DNA from: Lingula anatina | Taxonomy: Eukaryota > Animalia > Brachiopoda | Assembly: GCA_051362555.1 (NCBI GenBank) | Contig: CM120644.1 | Location: 7,448,954-7,512,953, forward strand | Length of the DNA: 64,000 bases | Reading direction: 5' to 3' | Shown here: piece after piece, positions 11,111-23,859 of the stretch | Layout of the letters: every line of letters starts with the position of its first letter | How positions within the stretch are numbered: the first letter of the stretch is position 1 | The notes under the pieces: generated by a model | The model's database searches: none | Seen by the model: only the letters and a program-made list of their open reading frames with translations | Told to the model about the DNA's origin: nothing | Made by a program: the position numbers and the translations under genes

Positions 11111-13480
11111 TTAGTACCACCAGCGTATACGCTGGCGGTACTCATGGTTTTAGTCCCGGCCCGTCTCGTACAGCTCCGCCGGCTCCGCCGGCTCCTGCGG
11201 CTCCGCCGGCTCCTGCGGCTCCGCAGTCGGGCGCCGGAAACAAGTCACCGTTACCGCTTCTCCTCCTAGACCGCAGGGACCTGTGTCCCCATCTCTTGGA
11301 TTTAGGTCACATATAATCTCAACTTGAACCCCCTGGTATTTTTGTCTCAGTTAGTGCATTGGTCTGGGTGTGACGCTCACTGAAATGCACCCTTGTCAAA
11401 ATTTTTGAAAATTTGATGCTAAATATCTCCCAAACTGAAGGAATTATGGAAAAAGTTACTATAGAGGTCTGACCAAAAGTCATATATGGAGTTTCCAAAT
11501 ATGCCCTTGGATTTGACATTTGACCTTTATTTCAAGGTCAAACAGGCCAAAATTTTCTAAAAATGGGAATTTTCTGCAAAAAAAGAATTGTTTGTGCCAA
11601 TTTTCAGAAACTACACAGACCTAAGCTTTCATATTACAGTGGGGACTACTATTTAGGGACTCCCTTCATCTTCATGGGTTTGGGGTCAATCGGTGCATTT
11701 TCACCGGAGAAGCAGTCATTTGATGCCAAAACTAAAAACTCTGTAATTGTGGAACTGTTTACACTAGAGACGTCTTGTTTTTTGCATTTAGTACAGCTTG
11801 TCAAGCACAATACTGGAGGTGGTGTCCATTTTCTTATTTTCCATACGGTTTAGGAGTTGCACTTTATTAAATAGTACAACAATGCAATATTCAGTAGTTA
11901 ACATAAAATGAAAAAACACTCCCAAAATTAGCAGAGATACGCCCATAGAATTTGAATAGAAAGTCATTAACTAGCAATCTAACTGTGACCTTGATATTGA
12001 CCTTTGACCTACTTTTCATGATGAACTTCACTTTGCAAGTTTTCTGGTCCTTAATTATATCATCAAAACTAGCAGAGATACACCCATAGTTACCATTGAA
12101 CTTGAATAGGAAGTGATATACTGACAATCTTAGAGCGCATTCCCAGAGATTAAGATCGATCTTACTTGATCGACCTAACTCCCTGCAGTTAGCCGACCGC
12201 ACACGGAATTTAATTATTCCCTTACAGCTTTTAGTAGGCAGGACAGGCATTTAAGCCAGCTATGCTGACAGTAATCTAGTGAGACTCCCCATGGGGATAG
12301 ATCGATCTATAATCTGTGGAAATGGGGTCTTACTGTAACTTGGAAATTAGCCTTTGACCTTCTTTTCACTGGCAGTCTAACTCTGACCTTCAAATTGATC
12401 TGTGACCTACTTTTCATAATGAACTGCACTAAAAAAAAATCCCTCCCTTATATCTCCAAAACTGGCAATAGTTGCTATTGATCTTGAATAGGAAGTTATA
12501 TACTGGGAAACTTTTACTTTGAAATTGACCTTTGACCTATTTTTCACCATGAACTATAGTTTGCAAATTTTCCCACCCTACAGATGCATGAATAGGCAGT
12601 TTTTTTTCCACAAAAGCCAACTGATTGCCTGCATATATATATATATATGCAGCAGTTATATATAGATATACTTGCTTTAATGCATGATTAGTTTGACATT
12701 AGTACCCATTTGGTCAGCTGTACATGTGTACATTTAAAGCAATAATAACTCTTCCTTTGAGATTCAAAATTCCGCAAGAAATACATTCTAAACAACACAC
12801 GGAAATATATTATACTGCATTTCACCACTAAAACAGCTGTTATTGTAGTAAAACTAAAAACTGTGCTTGTCAATAGGGCTTTCGATGCCTTTCTTCCGGG
12901 TCGTCAAGGCATTCGTTGCCAAGGATTTTGGCGCATCACGCAGATTCAACTATATTTTGTTGTTTATCTTTTTTTTTTCAGCACTACCCAAACAAGCTTT
13001 TCACTTTTTGGGTGGATTCAATTTCCTAAATTATAATTTCTCTCCCAGTTTTGATATTCTAATTATTTTAAATGTCAAAACAGCTGCATCAACCCATTTT
13101 TAAATTTTCATTAATATATATGATACAAACAAGCACAAAAATAAAGAATATACGATGTTGCCCATGTAGGCCAATATCAACTACAGAATAAAAGGCAGCA
13201 CGGTTTAACCCAAATATAAACAAAATTTCAAATATTGTTTCCATCACAGTTAGTGAGGAAATCCTACATTCACAATGATACTACATCCTTGTATTTGACC
13301 TTTTACTTTTGCCCACCTGATTTAAAAAAAAAATTATCTATGTAAAATGATAACCCTTGTTTACTGCATTTTATACAGCTTGTCAACCCCTCCCCCTTCT
13401 TTTTCCTTCCCATACGAATGTGCTTACTCCAGCTGGTGGTACAATACCAGGAGGCGGTATCGCCTCTCTGATCCTCTAGT
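11111..13480 (+). mobile_element. Helentron-associated non-autonomous element (HINE/DINE-1-like)
   Basis: 5' hairpin GTACCACCAGCG-TATA-CGCTGGCGGTAC, then a 9-bp GC microsatellite (about 11172-11225) and internal TGACCTTTGACCT repeats. The 3' end has subTIR GCTGGTGGTAC (13432-13442), hairpin GAGGCGGTATCGCCTC and CTAGT. Flanks are T-rich. Confidence 0.8.
12133..12329. mobile_element. PIF/Harbinger-like MITE (family A, copy 1) nested in the HINE
   Basis: TTA TSD at 12130-12132 and 12330-12332. TIRs contain AGATCGATCT. A homologous copy lies at 50844-51050. Confidence 0.8.
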
Positions 13481-14781
13481 TACTATTACTTTTGCACCTT
13501 GTTATTCATTTTAGTCAGAATGCATTTTTTATCACAAAATTATAAATTATTAGTTATGGGAAACTGATATCACATAAGAGGAAAATATATTATTAAATCT
13601 GTCAATGTATTAATCCAGTTGCTATGTCTATCGCTGACCAATGCCTACATTATTACTTCAAAAATCCAGTATTAGATTTTTTTCATGTCCTTTCTCTCTC
13701 TTGTTGTAACTGATGTTCTTTGTACATTTTTGCTACTTGCAGTTCTTCATGGGGCATAGATTTTGAACTTTCATTTTTAAACAGAATAAATGACCCTTAT
13801 GTTAATACTGTTACATATGAATCGTTGTACAGAAAGCACTATACAAAGAATATAACTTGTCTTTTATATTCTTAAAATGAAATAAAAAATGTAACGAAAA
13901 AAACCCTCACATTATGCATATTCTTGTATTGCTTTTTTCAAAAGGCGCATATCCATGTTGCCTGGTACACAAGTTGTGTGGTGAAACAAAAAATACAAAA
14001 TCCTTTACTTTGCAATTAATTTATCACTTCTATGTGAAATACGCTGATAAAGCACTTCGTTTATCACACAGTGTACATCTTTGCACTTTATAAAAATTAA
14101 CACGACAGCACAACAAGAATTAATCGTCTGGACCTCCCATCTCCATGTTAAGACGTCTGGCATTTTAATTTCTTCAAAGTATGTTCTGTTTTGAATTTAA
14201 AAAACTCTACAATTCCACCATTTAATATTCACAGCTGTCATAAAAATAGTGTTTGTACTTGGAGTTTGACATATTGAAGTATTTGAATATTTTTTATATT
14301 GCCATTAATTCTCCCTTCCTGATGGCCAACTACAGAAAGTTTTGCATATTTGACAAAGGTGAGAATAAACAACTTCACACTTTTGTAAAGTAAATTTGAC
14401 AATAAAATTTAATTTTATGAATTAATATGAGACCAAATTCTAGCCCTAAAGACACTTATGCAAGTTTTGCTTTACACGTCGAAAAATGTTCTGTCATTTT
14501 AAAAAATTAACATCTTAACAATATTAAAATGCATAATAACAATAATAAAGTTAATCATTAAAAAAAGTTTGATGCAGAACTGAAATCTTGAGTGATTTAA
14601 AGGGGTAAAATAATCAAGTGTTATTAAAAATAGGTTTCATTCTAATGTGAATAAATTAATACTTCAAATTATGCATGTCAGTGCTTCACCCTTCTAAAAA
14701 TCAATTTGCACATGAAAACTACTTCCCAATTTCAATAATTTGACACGTCATTTTTGGTCAACATATCAATAACTTCAGCAG

Positions 14782-17700
14782 CTAGGGACATTTCTCTTTA
14801 TTAGCCTGCGTCAAAAGTTTCCGTTTCACAGAATCTCTGTCAGCTCTTGCAAAAGCATGTTTTCTAACACTGTTTGCACGTTTTTGTGGGCTGTTCCTCT
14901 TTTTGCCAGGACTCCTCTGCAGCCTATTCGGACTGGTTGAAATAATTTTAGCACTTTTTGTCGGAGACACCGAACCCTGCGTCATCTTGGCATATTTCCA
15001 ATTTTTAAGAAACCTTTCCCCAGAGATGTCACAACTTGAAGGAGAAGCAAAACAATCTTTCCCAGATCTCTCCTCTCTACAGCGCAAAGTGTTAGGGCTT
15101 TTCACGGGACTCGCAGAGAGAATCTTTAAAGTTTTACTAGGCGAAATGTTGCCCTGAACCATCATGGAATACTTCCAATTCTTCCATTTTCTTTCCCCAA
15201 AATTTGGACTTTGGGCATTTTTTGATGGGCTCGTCTTGCACAGCCGCCTACTTGTCCTGCCACCTACATCTGGTTTTACTGGAGTCTGTGCCTCAGCCTG
15301 ATCAACAGAAGTGTCAAATGCCATGCTCACTGAGCGTCTGAAGGCTTTGGATTGAAATACATTATAATTGTAAACTCTGGGCTTTTCTGTTGACTCCTGT
15401 CGAGTATGACAATTATCATCTCCCCAAGAGTTTTTGGATACATTTAGAGGATTTTTCTGAAGATTTCTCCTCACAGTTTCTGCTCCATTGGAAGGAGTCA
15501 CACTTAACTTTCCAGCAAACAATTTCCTACCCTTCAATCCAGAAGACTTCCTCTTTCTGTTCATGGCAGAATTTTTCAGACTTCCCCTAGATTTACTCAT
15601 GGCTGAATTTGACCTCCTTGGACTGATCACAACATTGGGGTCTGTAGCTTTTAGAGAACAGAATGCCTTTCGTCTCCGTTGGGGGCTTGCATAATTAAAA
15701 CGAATTTCAAAGTCTTCTTCATGAATGTCATACGCATCATCAATCACATCCTTATTTTTTACTTCCAGGGAGCGCCTTCTCACTTTGTTTCCATGCTGTG
15801 CTGTAGCTGCACTGATTTCTGGGATAGTGGATGCAATGGAGTCCACAGAGGACGTACTTCGTCTGCGCCTTCTTTTGAAAATCACCTCGTCTTGCTTTTC
15901 TCCTGTTACCAGCAAGGATGAGTGACTTTTAGACCTTGCAGCTTTCCCACGTTTAGTTGACACGGACTGTCCATTGTCAGTTTTAGTAACATTTTGACCC
16001 GAAGTCACCAATCTTGACGGATTTTCTTCCTCTCCTTCATCCCTGACTGAGGCGCCCTCTATTCTGCTGCCTGAAGTATATCAATAATCAGCATGTTTTT
16101 GTATGAAATAATAATTACCTATTCAATATACTAGGCAGCCCATCTTTTTAAAAACAACAAATATCAACTTTCTGTTTGGGATTTCACACTTAGCAAATGA
16201 ATACAAGATATTACTATTCAAAATTATTGTTCTTTTTGATTGAATTTTCTAGCAGTCAAAAATCTTAATATCATACTTTTTTCTAACAAAATTCAGTTGC
16301 TTAAAATTTATCTAATATCATACTTTCTTCTAACAAAATTGAGTTCTTTGAAATTCAAAGGAAAGGCACTAGCAATATAACTGTGATGTATAACTTCCCA
16401 CAATACTTACTCTTTCTGGACCTGCTTAGCCTCTCTTTCTTGACACGTCTGGTCGCCCCTGACTGAAGAGGGGCTGAGGTGATTTCAGTCCTGAGTGGCG
16501 TAGAGGTATTTAGCGGAGGTGGACTAAACTCTATAATTTCACTGGAAGGTTCCAGACCTTTCCCCTGTGACTCAACAAGAGTGTCCACATGGTCACTTGC
16601 TGGTTCAAAACCACCACTCTGGCCTTCAATTTGGTCCGATTGTCCAATCTGTCCATTGTCCAGCGGTGTCACATGCTTAGCAATGCTAAGGTGAATGTCA
16701 TCAGTCTTCTCCTCCACGGAGTCCACCTCTGAACCAGGGACTTCGATCAAAATCACTTTGGAGGTAGAATTTTTTCGGGTCACTTTTATGATTTGCACAC
16801 TCTCCTCATCTGTGCCCCTCTTATGGACACCCGACTCGTTAGTATTATGGGACTTAAGGGCGCCCTGGACGGAATTCCGCCTGCTGTTGGCTTTGCTTTG
16901 CGATTGTCCGTGCATCTTTACTGAAGATGTCTGTGACTGATGACATCGGACTGCCACTGTCGTTGAGGAAGCAACTTGGTTTTTGGCTCTATTTGTCTGA
17001 AAACCGTTACTTTTTATTTTTTCCCTTTTTCCCACCATGTTTCCACCCTTTACGACTCCATGGTCACTCCCTATGTTTTGACTACCCCTGGCTTTTTCGT
17101 TCCTTTTCACATCCTGTCTTTCCATCTTTCTTCTTTCCAGCTGTATATTTTCCAGACAACAAACTTCCTTTAGTAACTGATAAATCCCGGTCTTGCCTTC
17201 TTCATGACGGTAAGGGTCAGTTGTCCGAAGTGGAAACCTCGTAGTGACCATCTTGACTGGACTTTTTATCGGACTCTTCCTTGGTGATTTCCTCTCTGGT
17301 GGTGGGATCACCATCAAGTTTTTCTGAGAAATTTGCTGTTTTTTCCCTCTCTCGATGCTGTCCTCAAGATAGTGGTAGCACTGGTCTGCCCAGTCCGAGG
17401 GCTCGTTGATGTCGTCCAGACTGGTGTTAATATGCATCTTGAGACTGCGTAAATAATGGTCTTGTTTCTCTGCTTCATAATCTGAAAGGACAAGATCGTG
17501 TCTGGTGAGATAGCAATTGATCATTTATATAGGCAATTCATGGTAACTAGCACAACACACAGCTGGGGTAGTATATGTGAGATACCTTGTTAAATACTCT
17601 TAGAACAAAGATGCAAGATAAGCAGTCTTTCAGCTTTCAGATTATTTGCAAAATGCAATCTGGTTGGCTTGGTTCATCAAGTCTTTGTGAAGACCTTTTT

Positions 17701-20700
17701 TTTTTTACATCGTTACCTTTTTTTCTAAAACAGTGCCCTAGATCTCTGAGCAGGTGGATGAAAATAAAAAAAATCTTCCCTAGCTAAAAAATAGTTTATA
17801 AAGGTAAACCTTCAAATAACCTGCCTCTAACGCAAACTTCATACTTACTAGTCAAAATCCACTCAATCTCAGAATTCTCGTCAATCTCAATTTCCGTGAG
17901 GTCCACATACGACACATCAGTTGGAAGTTCCGGAATGGCATCATTAGAATCATTAAAACCTGCAAAATCTTCACCATCAATTTCACTCTGGAACAACTTC
18001 TGCATGCTGCGATCACTCAAGACTCTCCACGTCTTTTTAAGCTTCACTTTCCGCTTGTTCAACATTTCCTCCTTCTTGCCAAGTTTTTTGGACTTTTTCA
18101 CGCCACCTTCCTTGACTTTACTCCCGGCAGGTTTTTCGTTCTCTTTAGTAGGGGAAACAACAGTGCCACCTTTAGTCCTTCTCTGGGATTTAACAGATTT
18201 TTTGGAAAGATTTGCACTTGACTGAGCAGGCTCTGTCTCCACTAACAAATCGACACCTGCTTGTTTACGTTTCCTACCAGTGCCCCTTGTTGATTTTATT
18301 GGTGACACCACGGCGGCAGTGGTGGGATCAGACACTAACGAGACACTCTTGTCTTTGTTACCCACACCAGTCAAGTCAGTTCTTCTACAAGGAAGGGGTA
18401 AAGTTTCCTTACTAATTGGAGTAGAGGTGACATGCATTACGATTATATCATTGCCAGAGTTTGTCTTCTTTCCACCTGTCTTACTGTCTGCTGTTTCTTT
18501 TTTGGCATCAGGCGAAGACGCATTGAAGGCAGGCGTAGCACTTTGCGATTTATCACACACAGTTTCATTGTTTTTAGTAGCAACTTCTGTGCTCTGATTA
18601 ATACCATTAGTAACAATATTTTCTGACACGGTCACCGCCTTGTCTACATCATCTACACCACCAGCTGGCAGTGGAATCACTGCTTCTGTTGCAGTATTGT
18701 TTATAGAGGTCTCCAAGCTTCGTCTTTTCCTTTTCCTTGACAGTGACAGTCTATCAGGATCATTAGTTTTACCCCGATTACCAACTTCTTTTTGAACTTT
18801 GTCCTCTATTTCTTGACTATGAACTTGAACAGAACTGCTTTGTACTCCCTGACCAAATGGTGACTTTTCTGAGCACACAACAGTGTTTACATCAGTTTGA
18901 GCTAGTCCTTGGTTTTTATCTTTATCTTTAACCAACTTTTCTTTAGTCCTTCTCATCGTCCTTCCTTCCACACTGCCACATCTTTCATTGCTCTCTTCAA
19001 GGTCAACGACCTCCAGTCCAAGGTCAATGACCTCTTGGGGAAGGTCTGCGACCTGTTCAACTTCAATAATATTAAGGTCTGGGTCAGAAGCCTTCTCTGA
19101 CACAGGCACTGGCTCCAGCAGCTGCTTGGTCTTTAAACTTCTCAGGTTGCTCTGTCCTTGCTGTTCTCCACTTTTAGGTGCTGTTGAAGCAGGCTTTGAT
19201 TTGAACAGAGCTTTCTTTCCCTTCGTGGTGCTGGTTTGTGCTGGGCTTACAGTTTCTGCAGACTTTGCATCTTTGCCTGCCACAGGTCTCTGAGAATTTG
19301 AGGCCTTGGATGTCCTTCCTGCTGCTGGTGGTGCCCTCTTTTCTGGTGTCAACAGTTCAACTTCCTCCCCTTCACTGCTGCAATAGAAAGACAAAAATAA
19401 TGAGTATTTTGAACAATACTAAGCCTAAGGTGTTCAAAATTCCACTGGTTTCGTATGTTTGGTATGACCAATGGAAAAGGTACAATATTGATCGTAAGAG
19501 ATGAGGGTGTGGTCTTTGTGCGGCCTGGGAGACACAGAAACTGTTAACTCTTTTAGCTGAACATATTGGCCATCACCATTATTGTTTGCTTATATATTTC
19601 ATACATTGAGACACTAACAGGGGGCTGTTCCTGTCGCACTTACCTCTGGGCCTCCTGTAAGTGTAACGGATGGTAGTCCTGCACGTCTCTCAAGAAACGA
19701 TCCATGTTTGGCCCTCGACTGATCAACAAATCCAGATTTCTCCACGGACTCTGGTTGTCCTCGTAGGTGCGTTTGTGCTCCTTGGAGGCTACGTGCTGGG
19801 GAAAGAAGGAGACAATGAACCATCAGCTTCATATTTCAAGATTCTTTTCAATGAGTACTTAGATATAAATAGTCACAGAAGACTCTCTCTCCATACCTCA
19901 GTATGAGGCTATAAAATATGAGTTGCATATTCAAGTGGAACATTCAAATTGTGCAATGTTCATAATTTTCAGCCAATAACAAAGCAAAAAAAAATGTCAT
20001 CTACAAAATTTGACTGGGATAATAATTTGAGTTATAATTGGCTAGTTTATGCATTAGAAGTATTATCATTTAAGGTCTAAAATGATAATGATAAGTTGAT
20101 TTTCAGGATATATATAAAGGAAATATGTCTTTTGGCAAATTTAAAATGTGCACTGTACACCTTTGAAAAGTACATGTTGGGTTTACTTGTAGTAGAAATG
20201 GATATACCCAACAGTGGTATGCACCCACCTTATCAATGTTATTATAATGGAGCTTGCACATTTCACAGTATCCTTTCTTGGCATCTGCCTTTCTTTTGGC
20301 TTCCTTCATTCTCTTCAGCTCGCCAGCAGTCACCAGTGTATTCATGGCATCAGATGTGCCTGCCTTAGCCTTGCCTGACCCCTGCCTGGATAGGATAAAA
20401 ACAAATGTCATGAACTGGAAATGATACTTCTTATAATATTAGAGAAATGAACTGGAAACAAGACTTTCTCCAGAGAGCCATCTAGCTATCATTTGGACAG
20501 CCACGGGCCTCAAAAGACAGCCTATATTTTCAAATACAATGGATGTCTTATGAAATTTTTTGACCATATATTTTTGATTCGAATGACTGTAAATAGCTGA
20601 CCAAGTAACCGATCAACATTACAGACTCACTCATGACAAACACACATTTTGTGAAATATGTGAAAACCTGTTGCATAAAAATTTATAATAACAGTTGACT

Positions 20701-23700
20701 TTTTTCCTTATAGTAGGGCACTTAAGTATAAGACAATGATACAAATAGAGCAGATAACAAATATGCAAATATTCCACCAAATTTGTATCACTCAAGTTTC
20801 ACATTCTTTATGAAACAACCTTTCACCAGTTACAATATAATTATTTAGTCCTTTACACTTCACTCACCCTCGTCTTTGCGGCGTTCCTCCTGTATTTTGT
20901 TCATCAACCTCCTCTTGTTCCTGGCCGCCCTCAGCCCTTGGTTCAGGCGCAGCACCTATAGCCTCATTATCAAATGGACACGTGCCACCAGGTGAGGCTA
21001 AATTCAAGATGGGCCACGTGTCAAATTCTTTGTACACAGGCTTGTAATGCTGGTTTCTGGCTTCAAACTTCAAGGACTGGCCACCAAGCTGTTTCTTCTC
21101 TGAAATCAGATTTGATATCCCATTAACCTAAAAATAATCTAGAAATCTATTTCATGAGAATGTCAGGGTTAAGATAAAGAAGGTTTTTCACAAGACCAAA
21201 CTCACAGAAGAACAAATAAATATCAATATTTGTATTTCAACCATAGACGCCATCAGTCTAAATACTCATTCACATTTAAATGTTGCTGCAATTTACTTTT
21301 TAAGCACAGCATTAAGATTTCCCAGGCTTGATTATGTCTAAATTTATTAATAAGTGGCATTTTTCACAAATGGTTCCATTTATATTTTTATGTTTTTAAA
21401 CTCCATCAAGAACATTACATTTTCATATAATAATTATGTGTGTTCATATATTAATAAGTCCACTTGAATTTACTTCATTTGTTTCATTTTTTTTCTTTCT
21501 TTACAAAATCAAAACGTTATACATAACCAACTTATACCTGCTCTAAATTTGGAAGGAGTATCATCTTGAGTTTTGGCGACTTTTTTACATTTGCTAGTTT
21601 CCCCCATAGTTCCTTTTTCTGCCAACCATTTCTCTACAGCTAACATAACAAATGAAACTCCAATCAAATGACAAAAAATCAATATGTAAAAATACAGTCC
21701 AGTTAATTATGGAATATGATAAATGTAATCCACTGTAAAAAAAAAAAAATTATCAACATTTTACAAACTGTTATTCATGGGGATTTATCCACTATTTTAT
21801 TAGACTCTCTGAAACTTACTTGAGATGTGAATGATTCGAACTCCAAACTTTTTGGCATTTGCAAGAATATTGCTGGTCCCCTGAAAAAAAAAGATAAATA
21901 CTTTTTCCATTTTTTATTCTTTTAATATGATAATAAAGTCCTACAGATAAAGGCTAATCCTGAACCACAAAAACATTAATTATCTGTACTTTTAAATTTA
22001 AGCGACAAACAACAGAAAACCCAGTGTTCTCCACAATTCAAAATTATAAGGTGGGGGAGAGTGATTGTGGTGTGGGTCAGGCGCTCGCCATGCTGGGGGC
22101 ATGGGGCATGCTCAGTTGAGTTTTGACAAATTGGCTTTGAAATGCTACCTCAGATTCAAAGTTCTTGACTTAGCTGGTATAGGGATGTGACAAGAGAAGT
22201 TGTAAAACAGGGAAGAACCCCCCCCCCCAATATTATCATGATGTAATCATATCATACAAAAACCAGGTCCTTTCCCCGCCCTCATTCACACATTGTACAG
22301 AGGAAATTATTCAGCTAAAAGAAGACAGAATCTTGTCCATATCAACAGAATCACTGTCATTCTCTCAAACTGGTCTTATACAGTGGCTATTTCTAGCCCC
22401 AACATGTAAAGGCTGACCACTCACCCTGGACCCTTTAGCTGCCTGCTGGACAATCTTCTTCCCTCTGGACAGCGTCTTCTCAGCGTCCCCCTGGGCAGGG
22501 GAATTGGTCTGGGGGGACTCCACCCCTGGGGACGCCAGGTTGAATGGACTGGGGGTAGAAACTGCGGAGTGGTCATTGTCTCTGCACTCCCTGGCGGTCA
22601 GCTGGTTGGTGACTAGGTACTTGATGTCTTTGCTCAGGAATTCTTCTAGTCTCTACAATTTCCAAAACAAATATTTAAAATTAGTAATCACTGGATTTGC
22701 CTTTAAAAAATAATAAATAAATAAATAAATAAATAAATGCTCACATATCTATAATCAAAATGGCATACTTTCACTAATTTAAAGTGAAATACAACTAAAA
22801 AGTAACAATATGAGATATCTTAATAAAAATATAGGGGCAATTGTTGGTTCTATCAAAGTTGATACAGAGCTATTGGCTGGAATTAAATGATTGTTGTTAA
22901 ATGACTATGTGATTACCAATACCAACTGAAACAACACATTACTTAGTGGATTATATATAACTGTTCCAAATATTGGCAAAATAAGTGATACTTCACTGAT
23001 AAAAATAAGGTTAACTTTTTAATAATTTTTTGGAACCAAAAATCCCAGTTATAATATCACATGGCATTATGATCATGTCTATTTTTAAAAGCAAAATAAA
23101 TATGGGTTAATGCCCCAACATGACACATCACATATTCTAAATTTTATTGTGTACAAGATGTATTCATACAATTTTCTAAATACTTAAAGAAACGCGAAGG
23201 GGCAAAATGAACCTCAATTCCTTTTCACAAATTCTGATTATTTTTTTAAACAGAAAATATTTCATATTAATTATTGATATAACACAACTCACAGCCCCAT
23301 GCTTGATGAGATCCTCTTTCAAATTCCTCAGCTTTCCTTTGTATTGTTTGGACCCTGTGTAGTTGGTGAGGTGAAGATAGAAACTTTTGCCCCTCAATGG
23401 TTTCAGAGAGTCAGCTTTCTGTCCAGTATCACAATCTGAAATAGGGGCATATAAATCAATACCTTGTCAGGAATAAGGAGGGGAAACAACCAAAACTGAA
23501 TGTAGAAAGATATTCAACAGCAGAGATTTGAAAGGGGAATGATGCAAAATTAAGTACATAGTTTCCTCACTACTGGCGTACTACCTAATTAATGTACTTG
23601 GTGCCATATTAGAAAAACGTAAGTTTAGTATGCCTTAACATTACCGCAGAATGTCCAAATCATTTACGAGGAAATATTGTAAATACATAATATACAAGTA

Positions 23701-23859
23701 CTACTAATCGAAAGCCACGTTCAATAATTACATAACTTACGCTTTCCTTTTAATTTTAAACAAATCACAACTTCATCGATTACGATATTTAAAAATGAAA
23801 AAGAATTCTAATGCCACATTACCTTTAGGTTTCGTCGAATTTCCACCTTTTGATTTCAT
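14782..23859 (-). CDS. DBF4: DBF4/Chiffon-like Cdc7 kinase regulatory subunit, about 1666 aa
   Basis: GT-AG exons on minus: 23859-23823, 23435-23293, 22652-22425, 21880-21820, 21639-21538, 21099-20868, 20385-20229, 19795-19644, 19377-17849, 17481-16411, 16070-14782. They total 5001 nt and the splice phases are consistent. Motif N: PLRGKSFYLHL...RLEEFLSKDIKYLVTN...NILANAKKFGVRIIH. Motif M: KFEARNQHYKPVYKEF...CPFD. Motif C zinc finger: KKGYCEMCKLHYNNIDKHVASKEH. Confidence 0.9.

Noticed and set aside
14903-19504. Many plus-strand ORFs overlapping the large DBF4 exons
   Set aside because: They are antisense shadows of coding sequence with no recognisable domains.
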